Shown: in pieces, positions 61,806 to 64,000 of the stretch | How the letters are laid out: every line of letters begins with the position of its first letter | Position numbering within the stretch: position 1 is the stretch's first letter | From: Saprolegnia diclina VS20 | Taxonomy: Eukaryota | Assembly (NCBI RefSeq): GCF_000281045.1 | Contig: NW_008246093.1 | Location: 274,223 to 338,222, forward strand | Direction: 5' to 3' | DNA: 64,000 nucleotides | The notes under the pieces: generated by a model | Database searches by the model: none | What the model was told of the DNA's origin: nothing | What the model saw: only the letters and a program-made list of their open reading frames with translations | Position numbers and translations under genes: made by a program

Positions 61806-63391
61806 ATGGCCGCCATGTACCCTTTGCCCGACGACTTTTTCGTGGTGCCGCCGCTCACGACCGCGACGACCGCGTGGTTTGCCGACTATGGCGAGCGCAC
61901 GCTGCGGACGATGCTCGACAAGATCCTCAAGAAGGACCCGACAATGCAGTGGAACTACGTCTGCGACGTCGACGGCGTCCGCGTCATGGAAGGCGAGGTG
62001 AAAGGCCTCAAGCTCGACAAGAGTACGCGCGTCCGCTACCAAATCACAAAGCTCATGTGATGTTTAGACACGATTCCGTTCCGCGTGTACGGCAAGATCA
62101 CGGCGACGCTCGAAGAGGTCGCGGCGCTCCACGACTTTAGCACGCGCGAAAAATGCCTCCACCACCGCAAGCACTTTGCCGAAGATACGCTCGACTCGCA
62201 CACGTTGTACAATGTCATTCCGCGCACGGAAGAGAATGCGTTCAAGCAAATCTACGTGCGCTGGGTCGCGGTCCAGAGCCCCGTCGCGATCATCAAGGAC
62301 CGCGACTTTGTGTTTGTCGAGGTATGCTGGCCTTTCTCACTTTGCCGTTTCGGGTTTCTGACTTTGCACTGTAGAGTCAAAACGACTTCAAGTTTACGTC
62401 CGGTCGGCGGGGATGGGCGTATTGCCAGACGTCGGTCGAGCTCGATGCGCTCCCGCCCATGAAGGGCGCATACGACCTCGTGCGCGGCGAGCTCAACCAC
62501 ACGGGCTGCGTGTACATGGAGACGGACCAGCCCGGCGTCTTGGACGTCGTGTATCATATTTCGTACGATTTCAAGGGCTCGATGCCGACGTGGGTGCGGA
62601 AGCTTGCGGTCAAGAACCGCGCGCGCACCGTCAAGTTGACGGCCGACCACGTCCACCAACTGCGGCTCAACTCGCAGCTCCAGCGCTCGATGAGCTCGTC
62701 GTCGTCGTCGGTCTCGACCGAGGTCGAATCGGTCGTGAGCACCGCGACGTCGGTCTTTTCCACCGCCGCCGCCAAGCGCTGCGTGCACTGCAACGCGTCG
62801 TTCCGGTTCCGAAAGAGCTACCAGTGCCAATCCTGCAGCGAGTCGGTCTGCTCGTCCTGCAGCCAAAAGTGGAAGCTGCCGAGCGGCAACGGCACCAGCG
62901 TCCGCGTCTGCTCCACGTGCTCGGACGCGGTTCGGAACGGCTGGGAAGGCTCGGGCGTCTGCGCGACACCGGCCTCGGACATCTCGTCGCACGCCGAGGC
63001 CCGCCAGAGTCTCTTCAAGGCCAGCTCGTCCTCGAACGTGCTCGAGACGTCGCCGGCGCGCCTCCGGATCGACGTGTCGCAGAGCGAACCCGTGCCGGCC
63101 CGCCACCGCCAGAGCTCTATTTCGAGCGCGTCCGGGCGCGGCAGCGTCGCGCTCGGCCTCGATACGCTCGACCTTTCGTATCTGACGCTATACCACGACC
63201 CGAACAAGGGTCGTACCAACTCGCTGGACGAAGAGAGCAGCCAAGTGTCGGGCCTCTCGTCGGAGCCCAACTCGCGCAAGTGCAGCATGGACGTTGAGGA
63301 CGACCCGGCGTTTGAAAAATTCCTCGACCACGTCAACCGCCACTCGATGCGCCTCTCTCTCTATGTCCGCGAGTCCCAGTGCAGTACTTAA
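61806..63391 (+). CDS. START-like + FYVE-type zinc finger protein, cluster copy 5 (2 introns)
   Basis: QIYVRWVAVQSPVAIIKDRDFVFVE, PGVLDVVYH, CVHC...CQSC..VCSSC...VCSTC; introns ~62022-62067 and ~62322-62374. Confidence 0.9.
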
Positions 63392-64000
63392 CAAGATTTT
63401 TCCTTCTTCTTGCCTCTCGGCTTCCCCAGATAGGATTCATCCAGTATTCACTGTATCACAGGTTGGATGCGACGACGACAATATGTCGGAAGTAGAATCT
63501 AAGAAATCAGTGCGTAGAATTGACGCCCGTCGTATCTTTGCGCATGATTGTCGACGCCGGCGCCTTTACGTAGAAGCGCCTCGAATGGCGTCGTTGAAAA
63601 CGAAGCCGACGACGTGGGATGCGCGTTGCTGGCTCCTTGAAGCAGCCACGGCAGATGCTCCTTCCAAGTAAAGAAGAGCAGAGACCATGGAGTTTGAGGG
63701 CGCACAGAACCAACGCGCGAGTGCTCTCGCAGCACGAGTTCTGAGACCGCACAGGCCTCTCCTCGACCACAGCCGGAATGGCGCCTCCATGACAACGGAT
63801 TGCTCCACAGAACACCGAGTATTACCATCTCCACCTTCAGAACGCTACGTTGTTTTGATAGTAATGCATTGGCGATGATGGCTCAAAGCATCGCTAGACC
63901 TCTTCTACATTCTCTTGGGAGTAATAATACCCATATCTGCGTATGGAGTTTTCGACACTTTCAGCGTAAATTTATATGGTGATTTTGAAGTACTGAGCGA

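Overview
Eukaryotic, GC-rich, gene-dense DNA with many short (about 40-60 nt) GT..AG introns and oomycete-type INR+FPR core promoters. The gene content (START-FYVE family expansion, AAAP transporter, membrane-anchored GH1) suggests a Saprolegniales oomycete; this is inferred, not confirmed. The window holds two internally deleted DNA transposons with recognisable TIRs and TSDs (PIF/Harbinger at 254-1323, IS630/Tc1/mariner at 35530-36868), an inverted pair of orphan paralogs, and two tandem sphingolipid delta-4 desaturases. It also holds six START-like/FYVE genes (five clustered, one of them intronless), a GH1 beta-glucosidase, an amino-acid permease, a TRPV-like ankyrin channel, an RCC1-BTB protein with a predicted membrane tail, an STK16-like kinase and three tandem 4-coumarate:CoA-ligase-like enzymes with apparent mitochondrial presequences. 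The most interesting unexplained signals are a DLSYLxxY linear motif shared by the START-FYVE tails, two small orphan proteins sharing a Y[KR]PAF..L..SVE motif, and a TATCCGGAT palindromic element recurring upstream of genes. Boundaries of multi-exon genes were read by eye and are approximate. No rRNA, tRNA or CRISPR was recognised.
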